A DNA stretch of 64,000 nucleotides, taken from contig CM060733.1 of assembly GCA_030704615.1 (NCBI GenBank), positions 35,650,001-35,714,000 on the forward strand. The letters run 5' to 3'. Numbering within the stretch: position 1 is the first letter of the stretch; each line of letters begins with the position of its first letter. This document shows positions 33,901-45,031 of this stretch, one piece after another. Position numbers and translations under genes: made by a program. The notes below the pieces were generated by a model. It was not told the DNA's origin. It was given only the letters and a program-made list of their open reading frames with translations, and ran no database searches. The stretch comes from Takakia lepidozioides (Eukaryota > Plantae > Bryophyta).

Positions 33901-35829
33901 CGGAAGTTGGAGGAGAAGCCACCTAAGATTTTGAACGTTGCGCCTCTTATTTTGTTTGGAATGGTGATGCATGGTATGGTTGGCTAGTGTGTAGAATGCC
34001 TTCTAGCTTACAAAAGTGGGAGAGGTAAATTGAATTAATCGTGTGTTTGCGCAGTGCTGAAATCGGGTGACTCCCATCTAAGGGGCAAGGAAACTTGTGC
34101 CTTCTTTGGGAGTTCACGTGCTAGTGCGCACCTGGCGCGTGCGCATACTATAACTGCGCTACCGAAGGGGTTGCCTTGTAGTGCGGGCTAACGCGGAAGC
34201 TACGTGCTTCCGTTCACGTATTATAATCGTGTAGTGCGGCTTCGGTGTGTTCCCGTACCTCAGGCCAACATTCCAAGGCGGACCCAATTGTAATGATTGG
34301 GACGCACGGTTGGTTCAAGGTTATTTTCCTAGTCAAAAAGGGTTCAAGGTGAACCCTTGCTCAAGGTGATGCCAAAATCGGCATCATGAGCGGTCGCAAG
34401 CAATGTTGTTGCAGTAAGGCGATTCGATCCTCGGGGAGGATCGTTCCTTGGCCTTGAAGTAGGCCAAGAAGAGTGCACTGGGTGGGGCTTGAGAGGCTCC
34501 ACCCTTGGCCGGGACTTGGAGGAAGTCGGCCGAACTAGCTAGTGGAGAGTAGAGTCAAGTGTGGGGTTTGGTTCTTTGCCATGGGACGCCATGGTATGGA
34601 AACAAACTCCTCGATGTGGAACGCCACAACTTGGATGTTCGTTTCTACAAAATGGACAAATCAATGAGGACATCGACTCCCTATTGGTAGGGGTGTGTGT
34701 CGCGGCCCTTTGCCTTGAGGGCAGGGGGGTCAGGACGCAGGAGGGGCTGCCCCTGTGGTGGGGGCAGTGGCAGCGATAGGTACGGGGGGCTGAAGCACCT
34801 TTGAGTGCCCAAAGCACTCAAGGAGGCGGAGACGCTCACTAGGTGGACCCCGCACACCGGGTTGCGGTGGGGGTGGCTCCACAAGGGGTGGTGGTAGCTT
34901 AGCGGGTCTTAGTGGGGGTGGCATAACACTCACCATGGGGCGGAGACCTCGTGGTGGGAGTTGTGGGGAGTCTTGGGACTCATCACGGTCCAATTGGGCC
35001 GTGGTGGGTGGGCCAAGACTCACCGCGACTCATCACCGGGAGTTGAGGGTCTTCGTGGTGGTTCGCCATAAAATGGCATGGTTGTTTGTGAAACCCCCGT
35101 GGACAATCACAAAAGTATATATAGGGAGTAGTAACCCCGAGAACGGTGCAAGCCCGTTGGTGACCAAAAACTAATGAGTAAGCGAGCGAGCCGGAAAGTG
35201 ACCAAGGAGTGGGGAGCTATTCCGGACTGCCATCTACCAAAGGGAATTTCCACTAAGCCCAAATAGGTGGAGGGTCTTTTGGAAAGAGTAAAGGGACACC
35301 GTTATCTCCCGATGAGCAGCTGAAGCTCCAAGTTGGCCCGGCAGCCGGGTTGGGAGTTAGGTGCGCGCATCAAAGCGAGTAACTATGACTTGAAGGGGAG
35401 CTAACCGAAGTGAGGTGCGCGACAATTTATCTCTCTCCAAAAACGAAAATAAAACAGGGCGCAAGGATTTTCACCACAATTAATCTTCTTGTACAATCAA
35501 TTTTATTTAAGTCATCCATTCATCCAGTCATTTTTCATCCTACATTAATCCATCTTTCATTCATCCATGATTCATTTCATCACACATTCTTCTCGTGCAT
35601 GCATGGAGCTCAACATCTTTGGTCCCATGCAGCTTATATTACCCTCCATTTCACACGAGTTTGCGTCCACGACAAATATAGGCCCTGCTTTTTCCACGGT
35701 TATAGGCTCCGTTTCCTTTATGTGCTCACGTTTAGAATGTGATCATGCTCAATGGAATCTGCTCACGCTTAGTGCGTTCACATGAGCACGCTCATGCGTT
35801 AGCTTCTTTCTAACTTGAGCAACCCATGG

Positions 35830-37771
35830 AGCAAGTTAATACAACCTTACATGAAGGGAACAACTCCAAAATCCTCCTCCCGGTGGACTTCTTCTCTGAG
35901 GTGGTTTGTGCATTGAAGGAATACGGTGACCAATCTGGGCTTCAACTCCTGGAAATCCATCTAGAATGTTTGGCCCTCCATTAAAGGGTCCCTTACTCAA
36001 AGAATGCCTTTTACCTTTGATGAGTGTAGATCAAACAAGCTCTCTTTTGGAACTACAACATGGACTCGGGCTCCTTAATCAACCCAAGACCCAAATGGGC
36101 ATACTGGGAACATGCGGGCTTTACCCACATTGGTGGCTTATGGGAAAATGGGGACAAGTTTCTATCTGCGTAGACGGTGTCCACATTGGTGGGAGACAGG
36201 CGTGCTGCCTCCTGGCCGTCCCTTCGCTCTCAAGTGCCTCCATACATGTTACAAATATTGAGTGATGGGACTGGCTATTGGCAACCACCCATTTGGATGG
36301 CCTCTTCCTTAGATGTTCCAGCCAATGTTATTCTCGTTAGATCTCCCTGGATGGTTCAAGGGCCCAAGGGTTGGGCTTCAGTGCGGATACATTGGGAAGG
36401 CTTCGATTTCAAATTTGGAATTGCAAAAGGAGTCCTTATTCCAAATTAGGGTGTTCGACAATCTGGGGAAAGTAAACCCTGTCTCCCCCCCCCACCAAGG
36501 GCACGTCATCCCCTGGGTAACGCACTCTCATTTGTACTGGTTCCTTAAATACGTCCCTCTTGCTCGGCTTCAGTTTGACCCAGGGGAATGGTGTTGGATG
36601 GATCATGCGCACTCCCCATTCTTTGCTCACTCCGTCAAGATGGGTTACTCGCTTTTAAACCCTGAGCAGTCCTTCACTGAACTAAATGGCAACACAGCTG
36701 GAGACACCTCGGGAACTTAAATAATTTTGATTGGAACTACATCTGGAAAGACATTTGGCATAAGACCGTGCGGCCAAAATCTTAGCCTTCCTCTGGAAAT
36801 TGGCACATAGAATTCTTCCTGTCAATGCTGTTGTGAATGGGACTGCTTCAGATTGCACTATCTGTAGAAGAAAGCACGGAGTAAATAGAACATTGTTTAT
36901 ATATTGCCCGCTGGCCTGCACCATTGGATGAAGATTCTCGCCTTCTATTCACCTTGGGAAACTTTCCCTTCAATCCCCTACTCCTTCCCTACTCAAGTTG
37001 TTCAATCTTCTGCCAAGACGACCCCCTATCAATTGCCCGGTATGGGCGTGTTTGAGGACACACACTCTCTAGAATCTTTGGAAAGCCATATGTTCTTGGA
37101 TATTTGAGGGAAACCCCCCCAGTGTTAGGTCATTATTGTTTGGCATCTACTTTGACCTGATGATTGAGGGGAGAACTTAGGGCAAGGTCTCCTTATGTGC
37201 ACTTTTTCCTAGAGCTTCGGACCAACGCAGACATCAACTACTCCAAGAATTTGATCTCTCATGGGGCAACAGTGGCTCCTCGGCAACCGTCTTTCCAACC
37301 TGAGGAATGGGAAGTCTCTAGCTGAGACAGAAGACAAAGACTGCAATTGGAGGCACAAAATGGCACGTGATCCAAAGCTTAAAACTCAGTTGCTGTTATA
37401 GGCGCACCCCCGCATCATTCTCATCAATCCTCTCTGATCTCATACCATTATTTCCATTTGAGCTCGACTCTTTAAGACTTTTGACCCTAGACTTCTGATG
37501 CACTGCTGCTATCCCATCAGAAAATTCCCACACCTCTCCCTTTTTTTCTGCATTTATGCTACTCCCCACCGCTGCTCTCTTTTGCAACCGCTCTCTATAG
37601 TCTGACGTTCTCCTCATTTGCTGGTAGCTAGGTCCTGGGATGTCACCCCTCAGTAAGCCTTCACGGCCTATTTCGGTGGTTATCTTTTCCACCTTCTGTA
37701 CTCTGCAAATATTTTTCCCTCATTTGTAATGTTTTTGAAGCCAATGTCCTTCTGTCAATTTAAAAAAAAAA
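35830..37771 (+). mobile_element. LINE 3' relic (ORF2 C-terminus with zf-RVT-like region, 3' UTR, A tail)
   Basis: KILAFLWKLAHRILPVNA..CTIC..CP at ~36775-36910; A-run 37761-37771; boundaries approximate. Confidence 0.65.
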
Positions 37772-38239
37772 CGGCTGTTCGTGTGTCGAGAAAGACTTCC
37801 AAGTGAGCTGAGGAATGCTGTGTGGCACAATCAGCTTCAATTTCTCTGAAAGAGTGTCGATTTGGTGCGACGTATGAAGATTTCTACCCACATGGATATG
37901 TCATTTTTGTTCATATCATGGCTTCTGTCAACCTTGCACACAATAGGCCCATGCACATGCGCCCAAAAACTGGCGAATTCGTCTGTCAGTGGGGCGAATT
38001 CGCCATGGCAGGGCGTGTCAACACGGCGACTGTGCTGAAGCAAACCCCACGTTCGCTTCGTCGTTTCGCCGTAGGTAAAGTGCATTATTTTTCTATCTTG
38101 TGCAATAGAAATCCTATTTTACTCGGTAAAAATGGAGCTTTGTCGTCTCGCATCTATTGCGGCGACCCGCGCAGAACCTGTCATACTATACCTGCTAGGG
38201 TTTTGAGTTTTTAGGTGTATGCTCCTATACAATTAGCAA

Positions 38240-39197
38240 ACATGGAAGATTTTCTTCCCAGCTCATTCTTAGGTTATCTTTTAGAGGGAGTTGAAGGGTC
38301 TTCTTCTTCCTCTCCTCGAGGTGTGCAAAAAAATGTGCAAACTCTTCAAGCTCCAAACCATTTGCAGGAAGTCCAAGCTCCAAAAAATCATGTACAGCTA
38401 GTCGTCGCAGTTCAGGGAAATGGTGGGAGACAGTGGACAAATCCCTGCATTGAGGTTTTTGTTGGATTTGTGGGAGGAGAAACATTGGGAGTACAACCAA
38501 GGACACATGAGAGAAGTGAACTGGAAAGAGTTTGCCAAGTTGTTGAACCTGAACTTTGCAAATCATGCGCAATGGACATGGAAGCAATGTAGAGACAAAA
38601 TCAACGAAATGAAGGACAAATACATGGAGGAGAAAGAGAAGACTAAGGAGACAGATGCCCGCCTTCGAATTGGCCTTGGTTTGACATATTTGACAACATT
38701 TTGGGAGGAACCTCAAAAAATCAATGGTATCTCTCATGTTGTCGATCGAGGAGTTTATTCTAGTCATACTAACACTATGGAAGTGAGTGATGATGAGGAG
38801 ACTGTTCCACAAACTCAGCAGGAAGATGCGCCGAGGACTCCTAGTGAGCGCATGACTCCTATTTTTGGTGAAGGTGTTGAAAGTGTTGCACCTGAGCAGG
38901 TTGCCTCAGCTAATTCACCAAGGACCAAAGCTTGCAAACTCCCTGGTGTGCAGGGAAAGCTGAATGGGAAAGCAAAGAAGAAAAAGAGGCGTTTGTCTTT
39001 AGGGTCCTCTGCAATTGCCAATGCTATCAAAGACTTCAGCGATGATGTGAAAGAAATTGAGAAGTTGAAGATGGAAATGACTAAGAGACTCACTACTCAG
39101 ATGCTTCAGAGTGCATAGGCAGGGAGAGCGATGATACTGCAAGGACAATTGCAGATGGCTGCCCTCTTTGCAGAGGTTCTGAAGCCTAAAGAATAAT
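38240..39197 (+). pseudogene. Harbinger Myb/SANT-like DNA-binding protein
   Basis: RQWT..LWEEK..NWKEFAKLLN..WTWKQCRDKINEMKDKY; frameshift and stop. Confidence 0.82.
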
Positions 39198-39309
39198 GTA
39201 GAGCTTAGTATAGATTATGGTGCTTTAAGTTGTTTGTGGGAAAGCATCCAAATGTTGAGTTCCAGCTGCAATTAAAAAAAAAATCATCTCAATATCAAAT
39301 GGAGTACAG

Positions 39310-40700
39310 AAGAAGCGTTTAGGCCTCAGCAGGATTATCTATCAACTACTGCTCAAACAACTTTGTTCGTAATCTTTGTCTTTCTGTTTTTGCAATCTCT
39401 CCATCTCTCAAGGTCGGTAATCTCTCAATTCCAAAGCCCGCCAAATGATCTCTTCTAGCTGGGGCATTGGCAACCTTGGCTCAGGACCACCCCACAACTC
39501 ACAATAATTATGCAAGACACAACAAGTTATCGCAATTTTAGCAGCTCTGTCTACTCTGGAATTAAAATATTTTAGAATACGCCATCAAAAGTATTTTCTA
39601 TTGCCACCCTGTCTGAGTTCATGCTAGAATCAAATCTCCTCTTCTCTATGTCAGCAGGATTGCGGATTTTCCAGTTTGTGGGTGGGGATAGGATAAGATG
39701 CATCTCCAATTAAGTACGGAGTGCATCTCATGCCTCCAACTATGACCACTAGCTCTCGAAGAATCTCACGAGCCCTCAATTGTCTACACAGGCCTGATAT
39801 CTTGAACTCTCCTCCATCATGAACCCCTCCTGGTTGGCCCCCACACACATTCCAAAATCTCTTGTCTACATCACAAACGTCTTGCAGCACAATATTGTGG
39901 AAATTTTTTCTATTGTAAAAATCACTAACTGCAAGTGTGACTCCTTTATTGGAAAGCTTAGCTAGTGGAATGTGACTGCCATCAATTGCTCCACAAATGT
40001 TTGGTAGTCATGTCAGCTCCTAGAAACGGTTCGTTCAAACGGTCACCTGAAATGATACTAATGTACTTGCTGAACAATTTATTGGCATTAGTTACAATGT
40101 CACAAACAATATCAACATACTTTCGTATGGTTGATGCACCCACATTGAAATGATCTGCCATATGTGTAGCACTATACCCATGGGCAAACCTATATAGAAC
40201 AATGGCCACAATTTTTTTGATCTGTAATTGTGGCATTACAGGATTAAGACATCGAGATTGCAAGAAATGTGTCAATTCTACCACTAAGTTGTTGAAAGCT
40301 TCAGAGCTCATTCTGTAAAACATTAAACATTTCTTGTCTCTCATCTCAGGTGTAGTATGCCATACATTCCTTTCTACATGATCCCAATGTGTGTATTGTC
40401 TAGGTTCTTTCCACCATGTAGCCGAGGTAGATGTCTCTTTCCCTTTGCAATGACACACACAATTGGAAGGAAACTAAACCCTATTGGCAATTCATTATCT
40501 GCAAACAAATGCCAACAACCGCCTCACTCTGGACTTGACCATTGCACAATTTCCTAAGGTAAGAGTAAGAAGCATCCAAATGAGGAAAACCTTTCCCATG
40601 AGAGATCGGTCCATTTTTCTAGTCTTGGTTTTGATAAACAAGCCTGAGCGTGTAATGGCAAACAACTAAACGTGCAATGGTTGGCTCTTGAGCATATAAG
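39310..40700 (-). pseudogene. Harbinger DDE transposase (HARBI1-like)
   Basis: FYRMSSEAF, VAIVLYRFAHG..FNVGASTI, GAIDGSHI, QPGGVHDG, YLIGDASYP; boundaries approximate. Confidence 0.88.
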
Positions 40701-41550
40701 GGCAAGCACCGAGTTTCTGTAAAACCAACTCCAAAGGGAAAAATGCGACAGGGCCACCAACCGTTTGTTGCATGTGGGGGGTACGGCCCTTAGCTTTGCT
40801 CCCTTGACGTGGGGCCCGCCAGTGGCGAATTCACCAAGCGAACGGGAGTTTGCAAAAGTGCATGTGTGCGGGCCTAATATTGCACTAATAAAACCTTATG
40901 TATGCAGCTAAGTTAGCTCACCACAAATACGACCCTTTGTAAACAATCATTGCCCTTCATGGGAGATTCTCTAGCAAATTAAACCTATTTATGTCACTGC
41001 GATTTCAGAAGCTACAGTAAAATGTTTGTATATATATATCTATAAGACATCTATTTGAATAAAATTTCAATGCCTAGAAAAACACAAAACAAAAGACAAA
41101 ACAAGACCAAATTTAAAATAATAAAAACATTGAACATTGCAAAATTATTCTTGAAGACTTGCAAAGTAACTGTACCACCTCTTGGCCAATTGTACTAAGA
41201 GAAAGAAATACCAATCTTGAATTTCATGGACGCTATAAACTATTTTCCTTTCTTCGCTTCGAACTATAATTGTAGCCACATGTATACAATTTTATTCAGA
41301 TAGAGGACTAAAGTAGCACTAAACAGATTGACAGTAATGATTCCAATGGCGTCGAAGTGTGACAAACTAAACAGAGACAAAGGAAGGAGACAATACGAAT
41401 GATATGAACACAAAAACTAACGATTAATAGCTAACAGCTACCCCATTTGCGTTTAGAAGTCTGAAAAGAAAGTTGTATTTTAGTTCTGTCTTCATAAAAA
41501 CTCCTTCTATGTGTAGCTCCCCCCATCGACTCGCAAGAAAATGGGTGCTA

Positions 41551-41920
41551 GGGTAGACATGCCTATGACCGTTCATCTATCGATGGCGGAAGATCTAACA
41601 ATGAATTTTTATCGTTTTTACCCCGGATAAAATTAATAAGATGCCCCACATCCTGGGCATCCCAACACACTTGGAAGTGCGTGATTTCATGAAGTCCAGA
41701 CAAAGTTGTGGGGTTTCAAAGTTCAACCAATCCAAATGCTTGTGTGGACCTTGAGCCCAATGACCAATCACATTTTTTGGGGGGTTCTATCAAACAACTG
41801 TTTGCCAAGTGGCAAAAATGAGCGGTCTTGGGCCCATCAATCGTAGCTCATAGGGCCTGACCCAAGCAGTTATGAGGTGACCGGTCACAGGCACTAAAAC
41901 GGTCATAGGCCAGTTTACCC
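41551..41920. mobile_element. 370-bp MITE with ~23-bp TIRs, flanked by TA
   Basis: TA-GGGTAGACATGCCTATGACCGTT ... AACGGTCATAGGCCAGTTTACCC-TA. Confidence 0.82.
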
Positions 41921-42208
41921 TAAAAGAGCTCCCAATAAGTACGGATGGAGTTGTTCCATGTAATTCTTGGTTTGGATTGTCTTGCGCACATCATCACATT
42001 TTATCAGCAGGTAGCTGCCGAAGACTGAAAGATGAGGAGCACTGGACAATCACGGTTCCTGGAGCAGATTAGAACTCAAAACGTAGATAAGCAATAATAA
42101 AGATTCATAGTTCATTAAATAACATTGGTACTAGTCAAATGAGATCAACAACACAAAACACATGAGGGAGGTCGTAACAATTTCCAACTATTAAAGACGC
42201 TTACTCAC

Positions 42209-42285
42209 TGTGCTTGAGCTCCGTTGAGCATTGCCGACACACAGAGCAAAGCGAGAACCGCTATCTTTTGCCATGAATCAGCCAT
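42209..42285 (-). other. Candidate first exon of a small secreted-protein gene (probably a relic)
   Basis: MADSWQKIAVLALLCVSAMLNGAQA then a GTGAGT donor; downstream exons not resolvable. Confidence 0.4.
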
Positions 42286-42353
42286 GATATTGATCTTTGC
42301 TAGGAGCTTATGTCGAGGAACGGATCACTGGAGACCGCTGCTTGCAAGTGTAG

Positions 42354-42405
42354 ATCATGATACCATATATCAACTCTGATCAGAGCTGATATATGGTATC
42401 ATGAT
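42354..42405. repeat. 52-bp palindrome with one mismatch
   Basis: ATCATGATACCATATATCAACTCTGA-TCAGAGCTGATATATGGTATCATGAT. Confidence 0.92.
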
Positions 42406-42448
42406 GGGAAGCTACTAGTGCTGGCTCCTTCTTACCGGCTACATATTC

Positions 42449-42615
42449 CGTAAATGACATGCCGTCCAACATGGTAACAAAATAAAATGTGGTTACTCAC
42501 CAACTTCGTTACTATTTACGCACCACCCGTAAATGACATGCCGCCCCACATGGTAACAAAACAAAACGTGGTTACTCAACGACTTCGTTACTATTTACGC
42601 ACCACTCGTAAATGG
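42449..42615. repeat. Direct tandem duplication of ~79 bp
   Basis: CGTAAATGACATGCCG..TATTTACGCACCAC twice. Confidence 0.85.
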
Positions 42616-43449
42616 CAGCTTGTTCCATAGTATTGGAATATTCACTTAATTCTAATATCCGCCGATTCTCAATAGTACTATGATTATTTATGTGTGGACG
42701 GGTAACAATAGGACGGGAATTCCAATCGTAATACCAAACCCAGATATAAATAATTAAAATAACAATCAATCATTCGGCCCATTGTTTAAAATTAGCATTA
42801 ATTTGTCGAGGTTGTCAATGCCAAGTCGACATTGCCCTACCCATGTGCTAAAAAATGAGAAAGAGTGGCAGGCCCTTGGGGCTGGACATGCCCTAACCTA
42901 GGTACTTGCTTGCCTAATAAAAGTTTTTGGGGCCATTTGGCAGTTGGTGAGAAGTTTTTTTAAATTAGGCATCTTGGATGTGTAATTTTTTCAAATTAGG
43001 CAACTAAAAATAATGATCAAAACTATAAAAATACAGCCGTTGCCATGGATGAAAATTGAAAATTGAGTCATGGAAATGAATATAATTTTAAATGGATATC
43101 ATTGTTAGATTTTGTTTTCTATTTTATATTTTTTTTCTCATTTAAATTCAAGTTTTTATACCATATGCACTTTTAGAGACAGTTTTGAAAACTAGGCACT
43201 CTTTGAAGATAATTATTTTAAATTAGGCACTCTTGTCAAAATAATTTATTTTTATTACGCGCTTTTTTTTCGAATTAATTTCTGCCTAACCGGCTATCCC
43301 ACTACGATATACCATATGTATAGTCCTTATTTTTTTTTTTCCATAATACGGGTATTGCATGGATATTGCCTTTGTCAATACCAAAGTATGTAGGGTATTG
43401 ACCTAGGTATTGGAATTGTCAATACTAGGCGGTTCGGTACTAACCTGAG

Positions 43450-43750
43450 TTTTTTTTTTTTAGGAAAGAAACCGGGGAGCGACTGCTCACAATTCAAGCC
43501 CTTGAGGAGGGGAAAAAATTAACCCCCTTTGACATAAGCCATTGGGCACACAAGAGGGAAACATGAACCCCAGATCAACTGGTCACGAATCAAACCCAAC
43601 CCGCAGGACAAAGTAGCAAATTTGAACCCCAAACCACCAGGGCGACACACAGTGCACTTATCCAATTGAGCTACCAGCTGCACACACTGGGAGGTCACCC
43701 ATGCTGCACACACTAGGAGGTCACCCATCCCAGTACTATTATGGGCCAAA
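43450..43750 (-). mobile_element. tRNA-derived SINE-like element with A tail, preceded by a 5S rRNA-like fragment
   Basis: On -: A box TAGCTCAATTGG (43673-43662), B box GGTTCAAAT (43628-43620), poly-A 43461-43450; TAGTACTGGGATGGGTGACCTCCT resembles the plant 5S internal control region. Confidence 0.6.
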
Positions 43751-44089
43751 GAAGCATTTTTGTCAAATCTTTACTTTCTTGTGATTGATTTCATCACAAT
43801 TTGCCGAAAGTGGATATGGATGCATGTGGATGTACTTTCTGAGCATTGAAAGCAAGTTTTCATGTTTTTTCTACGTGCTTACTTGACCAGAAAATGTTGT
43901 GGAGTATATACCAATGTTGTGCGGGTCCGGGTTTTTGAAGGCAGGTACCCGGCGGATTAGGATCCGGGTTACCCGGACCTGCACCCGGACCCGTGCTATC
44001 ACAAAAAACCCGGACCCTAACCCAGATTCATTTCTAAAATGAACCCGGAACCGGACCCGGACCCGCCTGCTGGGTCCAGAACCCATTAA

Positions 44090-44257
44090 CCCCTAAACGC
44101 CCGCTGGCCCAAAATTGGTCGTTTTTTTTACTAGGTGGCTTCATATTGTCCCGTCACTCTTTCAAGATTCATTTTATTTTCAAAATTGAAGCTAGTTTTT
44201 CAGGCCAAGCCCCGCTTTTTGGTAAAAAGTCAACGGAGGCCTACGGGCGTTGAGGGG
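44090..44257. mobile_element. 168-bp MITE with TTAA TSD and CCC..GGG ends (piggyBac-like)
   Basis: TTAA-CCCCTAAACGCCCG ... CGGGCGTTGAGGGG-TTAA. Confidence 0.78.
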
Positions 44258-44798
44258 TTAAACCCGCTACCCGTGGGCCAATGTAGCGGGTGAGGGTCTT
44301 AAATTTAGATGGGAGGGGACGAGCAGCAATAGGCCGCAGCAGCAAGCCCCACCATGTTGTAGCCCAGCGGTAATGCCCACATAAGGTAGAAACACCCAAA
44401 TATGAGCAGGTCTCAAAATGGACCCCTATTTTTGGGGTGTAAAGTGGTTTTGCCTGCCCTTAAACGGCGACCTTACTGCCAACGGGCTGATTTAGGTTCC
44501 TTCATGGGCATTGTGGGCCCCATGGTGCTTTGTTAGGTGAACAAAAACGTACTGAATACTGTGACCAGCGTATTTGCCAAATGGAGGCGTATAAATAAAG
44601 CTGAGTGCTAATGTACGCACGTTGTTATTCTAATTAACTCTGCATGGGGTTTACGATTGATCAGATATGCTCTGATTTGTTTTTTAAAATGCCTTGGCGG
44701 CTGCTCAATTTCAAATTCACAGGGTTCCATTCACTCTGCCTGCATGTATAACTTCGTTATGACTATTGCACACAACTTCGCAACTACAGGTTCTCATT

Positions 44799-45020
44799 CA
44801 TGTGCAGAGAGCATAGTTTGGAGATTGGCTCAACATTGATTTACACTTCAGTTAATCCAGTCCATTACTATTGATTGATGTGCAGGGAGCATAGTTTGGA
44901 GATTGGAATCCCATTAGTTTACACTTCAGTTAATCCAGTACATTATTACTAATTCATGTGCAGGGAGCATAGTTTGAAGATTGGCTTAGTTTACACTTCA
45001 GTTAATCTAGTTTATTACTA
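44799..45020. repeat. ~70-78-bp tandem repeat, three copies
   Basis: ATGTGCAG.GAGCATAGTTTG.AGATTGG..TTTACACTTCAGTTAATC.AG. Confidence 0.85.
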
Positions 45021-45031
45021 AGTGTATAGTC

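Larger units (their letters stand above)
32436..35424 (+). mobile_element. Non-autonomous gag-only LTR retrotransposon, family B (~3 kb)
   Basis: LTRs 32436-33162 and 34698-35424 (TGTCGCG..CGCGACA); PBS TGGTATCAGAGC; purine-rich tract before 34698; flanks GTTTA/ATTTA; no pol. Confidence 0.92.
37945..40875. mobile_element. PIF/Harbinger-superfamily DNA transposon (degenerate)
   Basis: TIRs AGGCCCATGCACATGC vs AGGCCCGCACACATGC; 3-bp AAT on both sides; convergent Myb/SANT and DDE nuclease genes. Confidence 0.9.

Noticed and set aside
27213-35174. Recurring Pro-rich or Gly-rich ORFs (SLGPPTTAPLDRDE..)
   Set aside because: Lie within GC-rich family-B LTRs; frames differ among the three copies
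42616-43447. hAT-like non-autonomous element with AATAC repeats
   Set aside because: Weak terminal match and no TSD
43705-43750. 5S rRNA gene
   Set aside because: Only a ~40-bp fragment
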